Shown here one piece after another: positions 1 through 10,812 of a stretch of DNA of 64,000 nucleotides (within the stretch, counting starts at the first letter, position 1; the number at the start of each line of letters is the position of its first letter). Under the pieces are notes generated by a model. It did no database searches. It worked only from the letters and a program-made list of their open reading frames with translations, and had not been told where the DNA came from. The DNA is taken from contig OY740807.1 of NCBI GenBank assembly GCA_963514005.1, positions 30,380,001 through 30,444,000 on the forward strand. Reading direction: 5' to 3'. The position numbers and the translations under genes are program-made. This DNA comes from Raja brachyura (Eukaryota).

Positions 1-111
1 GGCAGAATGTACATACTCCGTACAGACAGCACCCGTAATCGGGATCAAACCCGGGTCTCCAGCGCTGCAAGTGCCGTAAGACAGCAACTCTACCTCTGCG
101 CCACCGTGCCG
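1..111 (-). mobile_element. V-SINE (HE1-like) 5' head, cut by window edge
   Basis: Reverse complement reads GCGGCACGGTGGCGCAGAGGTAGAG (A box) ... GGGTTTGATCCC (B box), matching the other copies. Confidence 0.85.
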
Positions 112-1014
112 CTCATTTTTATTTTTTGTCTGGAACATTGGAGGAAACACATGACAGAAACCCGCATAGTCTTGGGGAGAAAGTGCAAACTCCACAAGGA
201 CAGCACTTGAGGTCAAGATGAGGCAGTAATGCCGACCGCCTTGCTTCTAAGCAGTGCGAAACTTTCGAATTCTCTATTCCAAACAGTGGTGGATGGGGAA
301 TCGTGAAACATGTTGGCCGCCAGAGAGATTTTAGGGCCTCCAAGTAATCAAGTGGTTTGGGGAAACAGATAGGGAAATGGAACTGAGAAAGATATTCAGA
401 TCAGTCATGATCTCACTGAGTGATGGAGGAATCTCAAGGGTCACATAACCAATTTCTTATGGTCTGTTGCGCCAGGTTTACAGATACAGAGGGAAAAACA
501 ATCAGCAATGATGCTTGTTTTTGAATATAATTGGTAGCTCCTGGTGAAAGTTACTGTTGAGATTGTAGACGTTTGTTTTCAATTGTCAAGCCTTCCATGA
601 ACATAATCCTTACAACACTGCCAGAAGGAACATTTCAATGCATTCAGAATGTCACTGAAGAGACTTTTATTTCCACTGTTATATTTTCCTCTGGATTGAA
701 AGAAAAGCATCTTATGTCAACGTTTGAATAAGACATTTGAAATCACATCCAGAAAATGATAGGCCTATTAACTTAACTTAATCAAAGTCTATGAGGGAAA
801 AATCAAATCGAGGGATTCTTAACATCCATAAATGGATAGAGTTATTTAAGATGTTTAAAATCTGACTTGAACTTTGTCTCAGTTCACTGGGGTCAGGTGG
901 TCTATTAACCATCTCCAATTAAGTGATTATGACAATATCAATGTATACGTCTGAATAATTCTAATTAACCAGCTACTAAATTTAATCAGTCCCTACACCT
1001 CCCTTTATGTCCTC

Positions 1015-2075
1015 CAGGGACATAAACACCCTTGTGAGCCATGGTTTACATGCACCATCACCAACCTCGTCTACTGCATCCGATGTTCTCAATGTGGCCT
1101 CCGTTACATTGGTGAGACCAAGCATAGACTAGTTGACCACTTCGCCGACACTTGCGCTCTGACCGTCAGGGCCTGCTGGACCTCCCGGTTACAAGTCACT
1201 TCAATTCCCCTTCCCATTCCCATTCTGACCTGCCAGTCCTCAGCCTCCTCCAATGCCAGACTGAAGCTGCACGCAGACTGGACCAAAAGCAGTTCATTTT
1301 CCACTCGCCCCTCACGTCTCCTTCTGGTTCACTAATACAGTTTACTTTCCACCCCGCTGCCCCACGTCACCCTGTTCCTTTCCTCTCCTCCTTCTGCTCA
1401 ACTCCCATCCCCACTTCTCCAGGTCCCTCCATTACCCTCCCCCCATTTCCATCTATTCACCATCCCTCCCATAGGTTCAACATCTCATTCCTCATCTTCC
1501 TTTTTGATCAGATCGCACCATATGCAGTCTTCTCCTCTCATCACCTCAAGCACCTGCGTCATCTACCAGTCCGTTTGCCCTTACCTGGATCCACCTGCCG
1601 TTTGCAAACTCTTATCCCCCACCCCTTCCCCTCAGGGCGGTCACGGTGGTGCAGCGGTAGAGGTGCTGCCTTACAGCGAATGTAGCACCGGAGAGCCAGG
1701 TTCGATCCCGACTACGGGTGCTGTCTGTACGGAGTTTGTACGTTCTCCCCGTGACCTGCGTGGGTTTTCTCCGAGATCGTCGGTTTTCCTCCACACTCCA
1801 AAGACGTACAGGTTTGTAAGTTAATTGGCTTTAAAAATTGTCCCTAGTGGATGTAGGATATTGTTAATGTGCGGGGATCGCTGGTCAGCGTGAACCTGGT
1901 GGGCCGAAGTGCCTGTTTCCACGTTGTATCTCTAAACTAAACTCACCTACTTCTACCAGTTACCTCCAATCATGAAAAAGGGGCCTGACCATTTGCCTCC
2001 ACAGACGCTGCCTGAGTTTCTCCAGCAGTTAGTTATTTCCTCAAGATTCTTGCATCAAAACTGCGTTGGGTGTCT
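1015..2075 (+). mobile_element. Penelope-like element 3' fragment (GIY-YIG endonuclease remnant plus 3' terminus), interrupted by a V-SINE
   Basis: Translation FTCTITNLVYCIRCSQCGLRYIGETKHRLVDHF..LPVTSHFNSPSHS matches the PLE GIY-YIG region; pyrimidine-rich UTR; decayed terminal module at about 1970-2075. Confidence 0.85.
1635..1942 (+). mobile_element. Full-length V-SINE (HE1-like)
   Basis: tRNA-like A/B boxes, V-domain GGAGTTTGTACGTTCTCCCCGTGACCTGCGTGGGTTTTCTCC, CR1-type tail GGGCCGAAG..CCTGTTTCC, (CTAAA)n end. Confidence 0.9.
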
Positions 2076-3112
2076 AATTTTAACCCGGGGTTGGTTGAAA
2101 TTCCTGAGCTTCAGGAAACCCCATGGCTAGAGTGGAACAAGGATAGCTGGACCAATTTTCTTTGCCCATTACCTACTTTAACCTCCTCTTCTTTCTGAGC
2201 TCCTTCCCAACTCGTCCAGTTTCTCCGCTTGCTGAGTTCCTGTGCAGGGCATCCGACCTCCCTCTGGCTCTTAGCCCCTCCTCATCATCCAGCTTCCAGT
2301 CTGCCAGCTTGCCTCTAATCTTTCCTCTTCTGAGACCCCAGTCATCTCTTCAGCATCATTCCGACCTTTCCAAACTGTGATCTGACACTAATGGCCTCCC
2401 TCCCTCTCAATTGGTTTGGCTGCATGCAGGAAAAAGATGAACAAATCAAATTGGATTGTGGTTTTGATTTCGAAGATAGGCACAAAATGCTGGAGCAACT
2501 CAGTTGGACAGGCAGCATCTCCGGTGAGAAGGAATGGGCGACGTTTCGAGTCGAGACCCTTCTACAGACCCTTTTGATTTCAGCAGGACCTGTGGGAGAT
2601 GCATTGCGATTCAGAGCAGCTCCATATATCTGAGTTAATATACAGCTCACTGTCTTCTCAGTTCCTCTATTGCTGCCCTATTTTTAAGAAATGGTTTTCA
2701 ATCATCTTTTGCTGCAGGTGTGAATTCTTCATGGAGGCAGCGCGATGCTGCCAGTAATCCTTTTAATACTTCACTCACTAGAAATTCAGACAGTCAGTGT
2801 CAAGGGAACGTTCTGCAAACAAAATCCTGGCATGATTTAGATCTAGTCCAGATGCTCTCAGGGCAGTTGTGATGTCCAGTGGATGAATCCATGTTTTAAA
2901 AACCTTTTGCAAACTTGTGTTATGTCTGACTTGGAACAGGTTTCCACATCACTGGTGGCCAGTGAGTGCAATTTTCACTGGCAGACATAATTCAGTTTAG
3001 TTGAATTTGGAGATACAGCATGGAAACAGGCCTTCCAGCCCACCGAGTCCATCACCCGTCCATCACCCATTCACACTCGTTCTATGTTATGCAATTTGCA
3101 GAGGTGGCAAAT

Positions 3113-3412
3113 GGGCAACACGGTGGCGTAGCGGCAGAGTTGCTGCCTTTCAGCGCCAGAGACCCGGGTTCGATCCTGACCACGGGTGCTGTCTGCATGG
3201 AGTGTGTACGTTCTCCCCATGAGCGCATGTGTTTTCTCTGGGTGCTCCGCTTTCCTCCCACACTCCAAAGATGCACAGGTTTGTTGGTTAATTGGCTTTG
3301 ATAGGAATTCTAAATTGTCCTTGCGTGTAGGATAGTGCTGGTGATCGCTGGCCATCATGGAGTTGGTGGTCTGAAGGGCTTGTTTTCACACTGTATCTGC
3401 CGACTAATCTAA
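3113..3412 (+). mobile_element. V-SINE
   Basis: A/B boxes, V-domain and tail. Confidence 0.85.
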
Positions 3413-3432
3413 AGGCCAGTTAACCTACAAAC

Positions 3433-3574
3433 CCGAAGATCGGGTCTGACGAAGGGTCTCGACCCGAAACGTCACCCATTCCTCCTCTCCAGAGATTCTG
3501 CATGTCCCGCGGAGTTACTTCAGCTTTTTGTTCTATCTTTGGTTTAAAACAGCATCTGCAGCTCCTTCCTACAC
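3433..3574 (+). mobile_element. Short PLE terminal-module insertion with 11-bp TSD
   Basis: AACCTACAAAC at 3422-3432 and 3575-3585 flanks the module. Confidence 0.85.
3442..3477 (+). ncRNA. Minimal type I hammerhead ribozyme motif (PLE-associated), best-preserved copy
   Basis: GGGT|CTGACGA|A|GGGT-CTCG-ACCC|GAAAC|GTC|ACCC: stem I GGGU/ACCC, core CUGANGA, stem II, GAAA, palindromic ACGU stem III, GUC cleavage triplet. Confidence 0.75.
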
Positions 3575-3911
3575 AACCTACAAACTAGCACATCTTTGGG
3601 GTGTGGGAGGAAACCGGAGCACCCGGAGAAACCTCATGCGGTCACAGGGAGAATGTGCAAATTCCGAGACAGCACCCGAGGTCAGGTTTGATCCTGACAC
3701 TGGAGTCTCTGATGCTGTGAGACAGAAACTCTACCAAAAGTGCCACAAAGGTTTCAACAAAGTAACTTTAGAAAGTTACTGCAAGGTAACTTTAGATATT
3801 ATGATCATGTTCCCAGTGATGTGCCATTTGAAGTGATTATTCAAGTGGTCGATACCACAACCACCAAGGTGAACTCACTTAGTAACTTTGCATTTATGTG
3901 GAACCTTTATT

Positions 3912-4218
3912 TTTAGTTTAGTTTAGTTTAGAGATACAGCGTGGAACCAGGTCCTTCGGTCTACCGGGTCCGCGCCGACCAGCGATCCCCGCACATTAGC
4001 ACTATCCTACACCCACTAGGGACAATTTTTACATTTACCAAGCCAATTACCCTACAAACCTGTATGTCTTTGGAATGTGGGAGGAAACCGAAGATCGAGG
4101 AGAAAACCCACACATTCATCATGGAGAGAACGTTTAAACTTTGTACAGACATCACTCGCCAGGATCGAACCCGGGTCTCTGGCGCTGCATTCGCTGTAAG
4201 GCAGCAACTCTACCGCTG
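3912..4218 (-). mobile_element. V-SINE
   Basis: (TTTAG)n tail, V-domain and head on the minus strand. Confidence 0.9.
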
Positions 4219-4429
4219 AACAGTGTCTCACAGTGTAAGGATACCAACTTGACACAATGTCAAAACATTGGAAGAGGGACAATAAGCTTTGCTCAAAAGG
4301 GAGAGAGCAATGAAGAGGCAGAAGGATGTACAATGAAAATTCTGGAATGGGACATGGTCATTGAAAGCACATTTATACAGTCTATAATCCAATACATGTA
4401 CCTGCCCTAATGTTTTTTAATTGTTATAA

Positions 4430-5390
4430 TAAGACCTCTGGCAACTCGTTCTATACACCGACCACCCTCTGAGTGAAATGTTTGCCCCTCAGGTTCCTAT
4501 TAAATCTTTCCCTTCTCACCCATGTCCTCTGTTTCGTGATTCCCCCTACGTTTGGTAAAAGACTCTGCATTCGCCCTATCTATTCCCCTCGTGTTGCCAG
4601 TGATACATCACAGGAAGGGAAGGTCAAGAAGGAAATTAATTTGTTGGAATGGAATTAGAGGATAAATTGCGGTGGATAAATTATGGGGAAAAAGAGATTA
4701 AAGAGATGGGAAAATTATGACCATGGAAGGATTTACGGAAAAGGGGTGAACATTTTTAACTTGAGACAAAAGTGCACACATAACTGGGTAGACAAAAATG
4801 TTGGAGAAACTCAGCGGGTGAGGCAGCATCTCTGGAGAGAAGGAATAGGTGAAGTTTCGGGTTGAGACCCTTCTTCCTTGCAAATCCATGTGCATATCTA
4901 AAGGCCTCTTAACTGCTACTATCGTATCTGTTTCCTGTTTGATGGCTCATTCCAGTCATCCACCTCTCTGTGTGAAACAAAAATTTGTCTCCCCAGTGGC
5001 GTAGCGGTAGAGTTATTGCCTTACAGCGCCAGAGACCCATGTTCGATCCCGACTACAGGTGCTTGTCTGTATGGAGTTTGTACGTTCTCCCCGTGACCTG
5101 CGTGCATTTTCTCCGAGATCTTTGGTTTCCTCCCACACTCCAAGGACATACAGGTTTGTAGGTCAATTGGCTTGGTATAAAAATGTAAAAATGCCCCTAG
5201 TGTGTGTAGGGTAGTGTTAATGTGCGGTGATCGATGGCCGGTGCGGACTCGGTGGGCCAAAGGGCCGGTTTCAATGCTGTATCTCTAAACTAAACATCTC
5301 CTTTAAACTTTGCCCCTCTCACCTTAAAGCTCTGGCTTCTTGTCATTGATATTCCTATCCTGGGAAACATATTCTGACTGCCTACTCTCA
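4430..5390 (-). mobile_element. Mosaic of CR1 3' fragments and a minus-strand PLE terminus (about 4788-4878), with a plus-strand V-SINE nested at 4996-5295
   Basis: CR1 motifs such as CCCCTCAGGTTCCTATTAAATC; GACAAAAATGTTGGAGAAACTCAGCGGG PLE tail. Confidence 0.6.
4996..5295 (+). mobile_element. V-SINE
   Basis: A/B boxes, V-domain and tail. Confidence 0.9.
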
Positions 5391-6037
5391 TGTTGTCACC
5401 TAGACGTACTTACAATCCACATCCACCAAATTTCACTTGTCCAATCTAAAGACCGATGCAATTACCTCAAGATTATTGTATTCCTTTGCTATAAGATCAT
5501 TTTAAAATCTCTTGATTAGTTCTTCTCCACGTGTGAGATAGAAATGAAGGGCAGGCAACATCAGTCTGGAGAGCAATGGAGCAGTCCGGTTGATAACTGA
5601 GCTCGTGTAAGCATTTCATTATCTACTGGACTATGTGTGTTATTATTCCAGTGCTGACATTAATGCCGTTAGCAAAAAAAAAACGGAGAACTGAATGGTA
5701 GCTATAACATCAATTATTTGCAAAAAGAAGATTGAACCCCAGGCATTTTGCACAAATTGCAACCAAAATACTCCATACTAATTATTTCCTGCATATCATT
5801 TATCTTGTAATCAGTTTCATACCATTTTTAAGATTACAGGCTGGGAATAAAAATAAACAAATTATTTATTTGTCTAATTCATTCAAATGCGATAAAGCAG
5901 ACACATTTCTTACTCTTAAAGTTATCTATTTTCATACTTTGAAGTTATTTGTATCCCTGAATAATAATTTGTGGGGGAGATTGAGAACAGGGAGACAGTT
6001 TTAAAATAAGGCGCATAGCTTAAGTCCGAGATAGTTA

Positions 6038-6194
6038 ACGGCCTGTCCCATTTTGTGATTTTTTTGGTGACTGCGAGCGTCAGTGACTGCGTGTCACTAC
6101 ATGCGTCACCACGCATCACGCCGCGTCACGACCCTGACGCAACAACCTCTTTTCAGACTGTCGCCGAAAATGTCGCCCAAGCGGGACAGGCCCT
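6038..6194. mobile_element. PIF/Harbinger-like MITE
   Basis: TIRs ACGGCCTGTCCCA / CGGGACAGGCCCT; TTA at 6035-6037 and 6195-6197 (3-bp TSD). Confidence 0.75.
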
Positions 6195-6337
6195 TTATTA
6201 TCTCAGGTAGTTGTGAAGCTTTGGAATTCTTTGCTCCCAAGAATCATGGATCAGATAATTCCAGTGTATTCAGTAAGTGCATTCAAGGTTAAGAAACACT
6301 CTCGGACTTTGGGATAAATAAGAGGTACAGGGGTCTG

Positions 6338-6580
6338 TATGGTGATGGGTCTCTGGAACTCTCTGCCACAGAGGGTAGTTGAGGCCAGTTCATTGGCTAT
6401 ATTTAAGAGGGAGTTAGATGTGGCCCTTGTGGCTAAAGGGGATCAGAGGGTATGGAGAGAAGGCAGGTACGGGATACTGAGTTGGATGATCAGCCATGAT
6501 CATATTGAATGGCGGAGCAGGGTCGAAGGGCCGAATGGCCTACTCCTGCACCTAATTTCCATGTTTCTATGTTTCTATGT
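6338..6580 (+). mobile_element. CR1 LINE 3' end (young subfamily)
   Basis: LWNSLPQRVVEASSLAIFKRELD ORF2 C-terminus; GGCCGAATGGCC stem-loop; (ATGTTTCT)n tail. Confidence 0.9.
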
Positions 6581-6724
6581 GATTAGATCAGCCCTGATTT
6601 TATTGAATTTAGAACTGTGATCAGGAGAGAAATCTTCCCAAGAAGGTGATTATCCATCATAAAAGGAGGCCATTATGAAAAATGATCAGAAGATGTAGAT
6701 GCATTCTTAATATGAAAGGGACTT

Positions 6725-7110
6725 TGAGTTTAGAAGGATGATGAGGGATCTCATTGAAACCTATCGAATAATGAATGACCTAGATAGAAATGTTTCCAGT
6801 AATTGGAGAGTCTAGAACCAGAGGGCACCACCTCACAATAAAAGGATGTACCTTTAGAATGGAGATGAGGAGGAATTTCTTTAGCCAGAGAGTGATGAAT
6901 CTATGGTATTTATTGACTCAGCCTGCTGTGGAGGCCAACACATTGGGTATTTTTAAAGCGGAGATTGTAAGGTTCTTGATTAGTAAGGGCATCAAAGGTT
7001 ACAGGGAGGAGGCAGGAGAATGGGGTTTGGAGGGAAAAACAGTTCAGCCATGATCGAATGGCTGAGTAGACTTGAATGGTTGAATGGCCTAATTCTGCTG
7101 CTCTGGTCTA
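6725..7110 (+). mobile_element. CR1 LINE 3' fragment
   Basis: SRTRGHHL..RRNFFSQRVMNLW..IFKAEI motif. Confidence 0.9.
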
Positions 7111-7289
7111 ATAGGATTTGAGAGAAAAGGTAGGAACATGCCACTGCAAGGGATGACCTTAATGTCTAGCCAAATAGCCTGTTCCTGACCCTTTGCTTCT
7201 GCTCAGGAACAAAGAAGTTATTTCATTCCATTAACCTGTGGATCGCTAAGGTCTCGTTTAATATTTGCTACTCGTTAATTAAACTGATA

Positions 7290-7495
7290 TTTTTTTTCTG
7301 TTCATTCATGGGCTGTGGTTGACACTGACGATGCAAGAAAGGTTCATACATCCCCAATTGCTCCTGAATCGAGGAGGCAGTTAAGAGTCAACCACATTGG
7401 AGAGCCTGGTGTCACATATTAGTCAGACTGACAAAGAATGGTAAATGTCCTTCCCTTTACTTCAGTGAACCGGGTGGGTTTTGTAATGATAATTT
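7290..7495 (-). mobile_element. Ancient SINE remnant (MetaSINE/MER131-like; family uncertain)
   Basis: GGCAGTTAAGAGTCAACCACATTG...TCCTTCCCT...GTGAACC.GGTGGGTTTT resembles a widespread chondrichthyan SINE; a more decayed copy lies at about 37720-37990. Confidence 0.5.
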
Positions 7496-7502
7496 AGTAA
7501 GT

Positions 7503-7617
7503 TAGAAACATAGAAACATAGAAAATAGGTGCAGGAGTAGGCCATTCGGCCCTTCGAGCCTGCACCGCCATTCAATGTGATCATGGCTGATCATCCAACT
7601 CAGTATCCCGTACCTGT
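7503..7617 (-). mobile_element. CR1 3' tail
   Basis: (AGAAACAT)n tail and GGCCATTCGGCC. Confidence 0.85.
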
Positions 7618-7682
7618 CATGGTACGGGATACTGTTCATGGCTAAGTGTTGGAAAGTTAATTAATTAAAACAATTATTTTAG

Positions 7683-9080
7683 TGTCATATAGTCTTACAG
7701 GGTGGAAACAGGCCCTTTGTCCGAACTTGCCCATGCCGACCCACTTGTCCCATCTGCACTAGTTCTACCTGCCTGCATTTGCCCCCTATCCCTCTAAACA
7801 TGTTCTATCCATGTACCTGTCTAAATGTTTCTTAAATGTTGCGATAGTACCTGCCTCAACCACCTCCTCCGGCAGCTCGTTCCACACACCTACCATCTTT
7901 TGTATGACAATGTTTAGCAATGTTACAAAATTTTAAAAATTTTAAAAATCAAGTCTGCAATTTATCCCACCAGATAAAGCATAAAAAGAAGTTTAATTTG
8001 ACACATAATTCACTTTCATATCTTCAGTATTAAGAAAGTTATGGCCATTTTCATACTCGGAAATTAGCATCTTGCTCCCCATTGCCTTTCAATTGACTTA
8101 ACTCAAAAGCTGTGATCTAGAACTGTTAAAAGCCCATAACTTTCTTAAAAATTAAGAGAACGCAATGAAATTTTCAGTTATTATAGATTGAAGTATTCTG
8201 AAACAAATATGAAACAATCTTACTTGGATGACCTGAAATTAAAGCATATAATTAGTTAGTTATCTAATTGTAGCTAATTACAAAATTCAATGAGTAGATC
8301 TAAACATCTATCCATTTCTTAAGAAAAGATAAACTTTTTTTTAATTGCCTAAGTGTCCAAATAACATTCACACAATAATCCACAATATAACATAATTTTT
8401 AAATCTCATTTTCATGAATTTCTGGGCCAAATGGAAGGAATTTAGTGTTTGATTCCTGTAAATTAATGGCCATTTAAATCATCTAGCGAGTGGGTTTTAG
8501 TGGAATGCGGTGGATTGGAACGTTGCGGTTAGCGGTGAAGTCGGGAGGAAAAATACTGTTTGTTCATACATTTTTTTGGACCCAATTTCGCAACATGAAA
8601 ATGTTATTAAAGCCTCCGGAAAAAACAACTTTTAATATAAAAATAAACTATTTACCTTTTTTTCTCCCCTACGCAAAATCCTTCCCATTGTCGGCGCTCA
8701 CGGCTTTTGAAGGTGATTTTTAAATTACCCTAGTTAATAAATAATTTAGCGTAATTTAAAAATACCTTCATTCATGAAATGTCGGAGCAATTTTTCTTCC
8801 GCAACTAAATCGCCCGACATTGATCGATTTTCCCTGCCTGTGGAAAAACAGCACTTTAAGCCCGCCCCCCTCGGAAAGGCGCCAAAGTCGCGCACACGGG
8901 GAGCGGCAGAACTGCAGCGCTGCTCAAGGTAAGTTTTGTAACATACCTACAATGTTAGTCCTCAGGTTCCAATTAAATCTTTCCTTCCTTACCTTAAACC
9001 TATGTCCTCTAGTTCACGATTTCCCCCACTCTGGGCAAGAGACTCTGCGTGTCTACACGATTTATTCCTCTCATTATTTT
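7683..9080 (-). mobile_element. CR1 3' fragment split by a 1035-bp DNA transposon
   Basis: CR1 sequence is colinear across the insertion at 7915-8949. Confidence 0.8.
7915..8949. mobile_element. Non-autonomous TIR DNA transposon (hAT-like, TAG...CTA ends)
   Basis: TIRs TAGCAATGTTACAAAATTT / AAGTTTTGTAACATACCTA; CAATGTT duplicated at 7908-7914 and 8950-8956; a second copy begins with the same left end at 56888. Confidence 0.8.
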
Positions 9081-10344
9081 GTTACTTGAATTTTAATTCT
9101 CGTCTACTTTGTTGGGATTTGAACACGTCTTTGGATGGCACTTTGGTATATGAGGTGGAATAAGCCATATGATTGGCAATGAAGTGGTTAAATGACTAGA
9201 CATGTAGCTAAAGTTCAGGACCATTGATTCAGAGATGTGAATCTCTGCATGACTGGGATGTTTAAATGCTGAAAGAACTTCAGATTCATCAGTTATGCTT
9301 CAGAAAAGCAAATCTACCATCTTTACTAGTCTGCTGACTCCAGTTACCCATTGTGGTCAGAGACACTTTAGCTTAGTTCGGAGATACACAGGCCCTTTGG
9401 CCCACCGAGTCCGTGCCGACCAGCGATCCTCATACACTAGCACTATCCTATACATTAGGGACAATTTACAATTTTACCGAAGCCAATTAACCAAGAACCC
9501 GTTCATCTTTGGAGTCTTTCTGGTTGCCTTTTACCTGCCTTTGTTGTACAGAGGTTATGAGGAATGGATAAAATGCATTGCCAATGTTTCCCCCACCTGT
9601 TGAATGGCTTACAATTGGAGGTCATTTCACTGTCCACACAACATCTAATGCCACAATACCATGAACTTACTGCAGCAGCTCTAACTCCAGGTTCATATTC
9701 TTCACTGTTAATCACCTGCTTAAACCCCTCTCGATTACCCTCTCCAAATCCTCTAAGCTGAGATGGCGGAAAAAAATAGTTCATGCAAAGATCAGTTGAA
9801 CATGGAATGATTTGTCAATAGCGATTGAATCAGTAGCATTACTTCTTAAGGAACGGTGGTTGAGTAATTTGGAGTACTCTTCAGATCCAGCGTTACAGCT
9901 GCATTAATTGTGGACAATTTTGTGAGATTCTGGCATAAAACAGAGTGACTCAAATGCCTTCATTCTGTGCTGTAAATTCCTGTCATTCCATGAGTGAATG
10001 GTAACTGGGAATTAGAAAATGTAATGGAGGTGAGTCTGAATGGGGAGTAAAGATCAAAAGCGGGAAATGGGTTCAACCGGAAGAGCAATAACACCAGGAA
10101 ACGGTTCCTTTATCTCTACATGAGGCAATGAGCTCAGTGCTAACAAAAAGTCTTGTCAACATTTTTGCTCAGCAATTTGTTCAAAAATATTTTAATTACC
10201 AGTAACAAAGAGGCCAAATGGCATTCTTCTTGCGATAAAGGGCTGGACCTTATCATTGCTATTCAGACGATAAAACTGCTTCAGTGTTTCCGTCACGGTT
10301 ATTGCATGCCACTTATGCAGCTACTACCATTTGGGTGTGAATAC

Positions 10345-10470
10345 AGGAAAGAAAAGTTCTGGATTAGCTCAGCAGGTCAGGCAGCATCTCTGCAAGAAAA
10401 TGGATAGGTGACGTTTCAGGTCACGACTCTTCAGACTCTTTTTTGTATAAACCAGCATCTGCCGTTCCTT
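10345..10470. mobile_element. PLE terminal module, inverted arrangement, with decayed hammerhead on the minus strand (about 10407-10437)
   Basis: GGTGACGTTTCAGGTCACGACTCTTCAGACT followed by a plus-strand AAACCAGCATCTGC tail. Confidence 0.7.
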
Positions 10471-10616
10471 TTTATTAAAGAAAATTGATGTGTTGTTTGT
10501 GGCCCCTAGTGTGTGTAGGGTAGTGTTAATGTGCGGGGATTGCTGGTTGGTGCGGACTTGGTGGGCTGAAGGGCCTGTTTCCGCGCTGTATCTCTAGTTA
10601 AACTAAACAGTCGCTT

Positions 10617-10812
10617 AAGCCTTTGGCTCCGTCAACTGACAGGGGCTGTTGCTACGCGAACCTGACTGCCCATGTCAACTCATTTCCATTTTGTGCTTGT
10701 CCCATGAGCTCATGCAAGCCATGACGATATCCTAATGGATTTACAATAGAACTAGTCTCAGTGAAGGCCAATGTTAAACAAGGCTGTGGCGTTGCCCTAA
10801 CACTTTTATTTA
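10617..10812 (+). pseudogene. Ancient RTE-clade LINE reverse transcriptase remnant
   Basis: Frameshifted translation AFGSVN*QGLL...DCPCQLISILCLSHELMQA..NGFTIELVSVKANVKQGCGVALTLLF resembles RTE motifs KAFDSV..GCP..LHD.M..GVKQGC.LAPTLF. Confidence 0.65.

Larger units (their letters stand above)
3413..3745 (-). mobile_element. V-SINE (partial) interrupted by a PLE terminal module
   Basis: V-domain and head on the minus strand, split at the duplicated AACCTACAAAC. Confidence 0.8.

Noticed and set aside
1152-1685. 177-aa ORF
   Set aside because: Read-through of a decayed PLE endonuclease end into pyrimidine-rich UTR and a SINE
1635-1712. tRNA-like A/B box sequences
   Set aside because: SINE heads followed by V-domain and LINE tail; no complete cloverleaf gene is supportable
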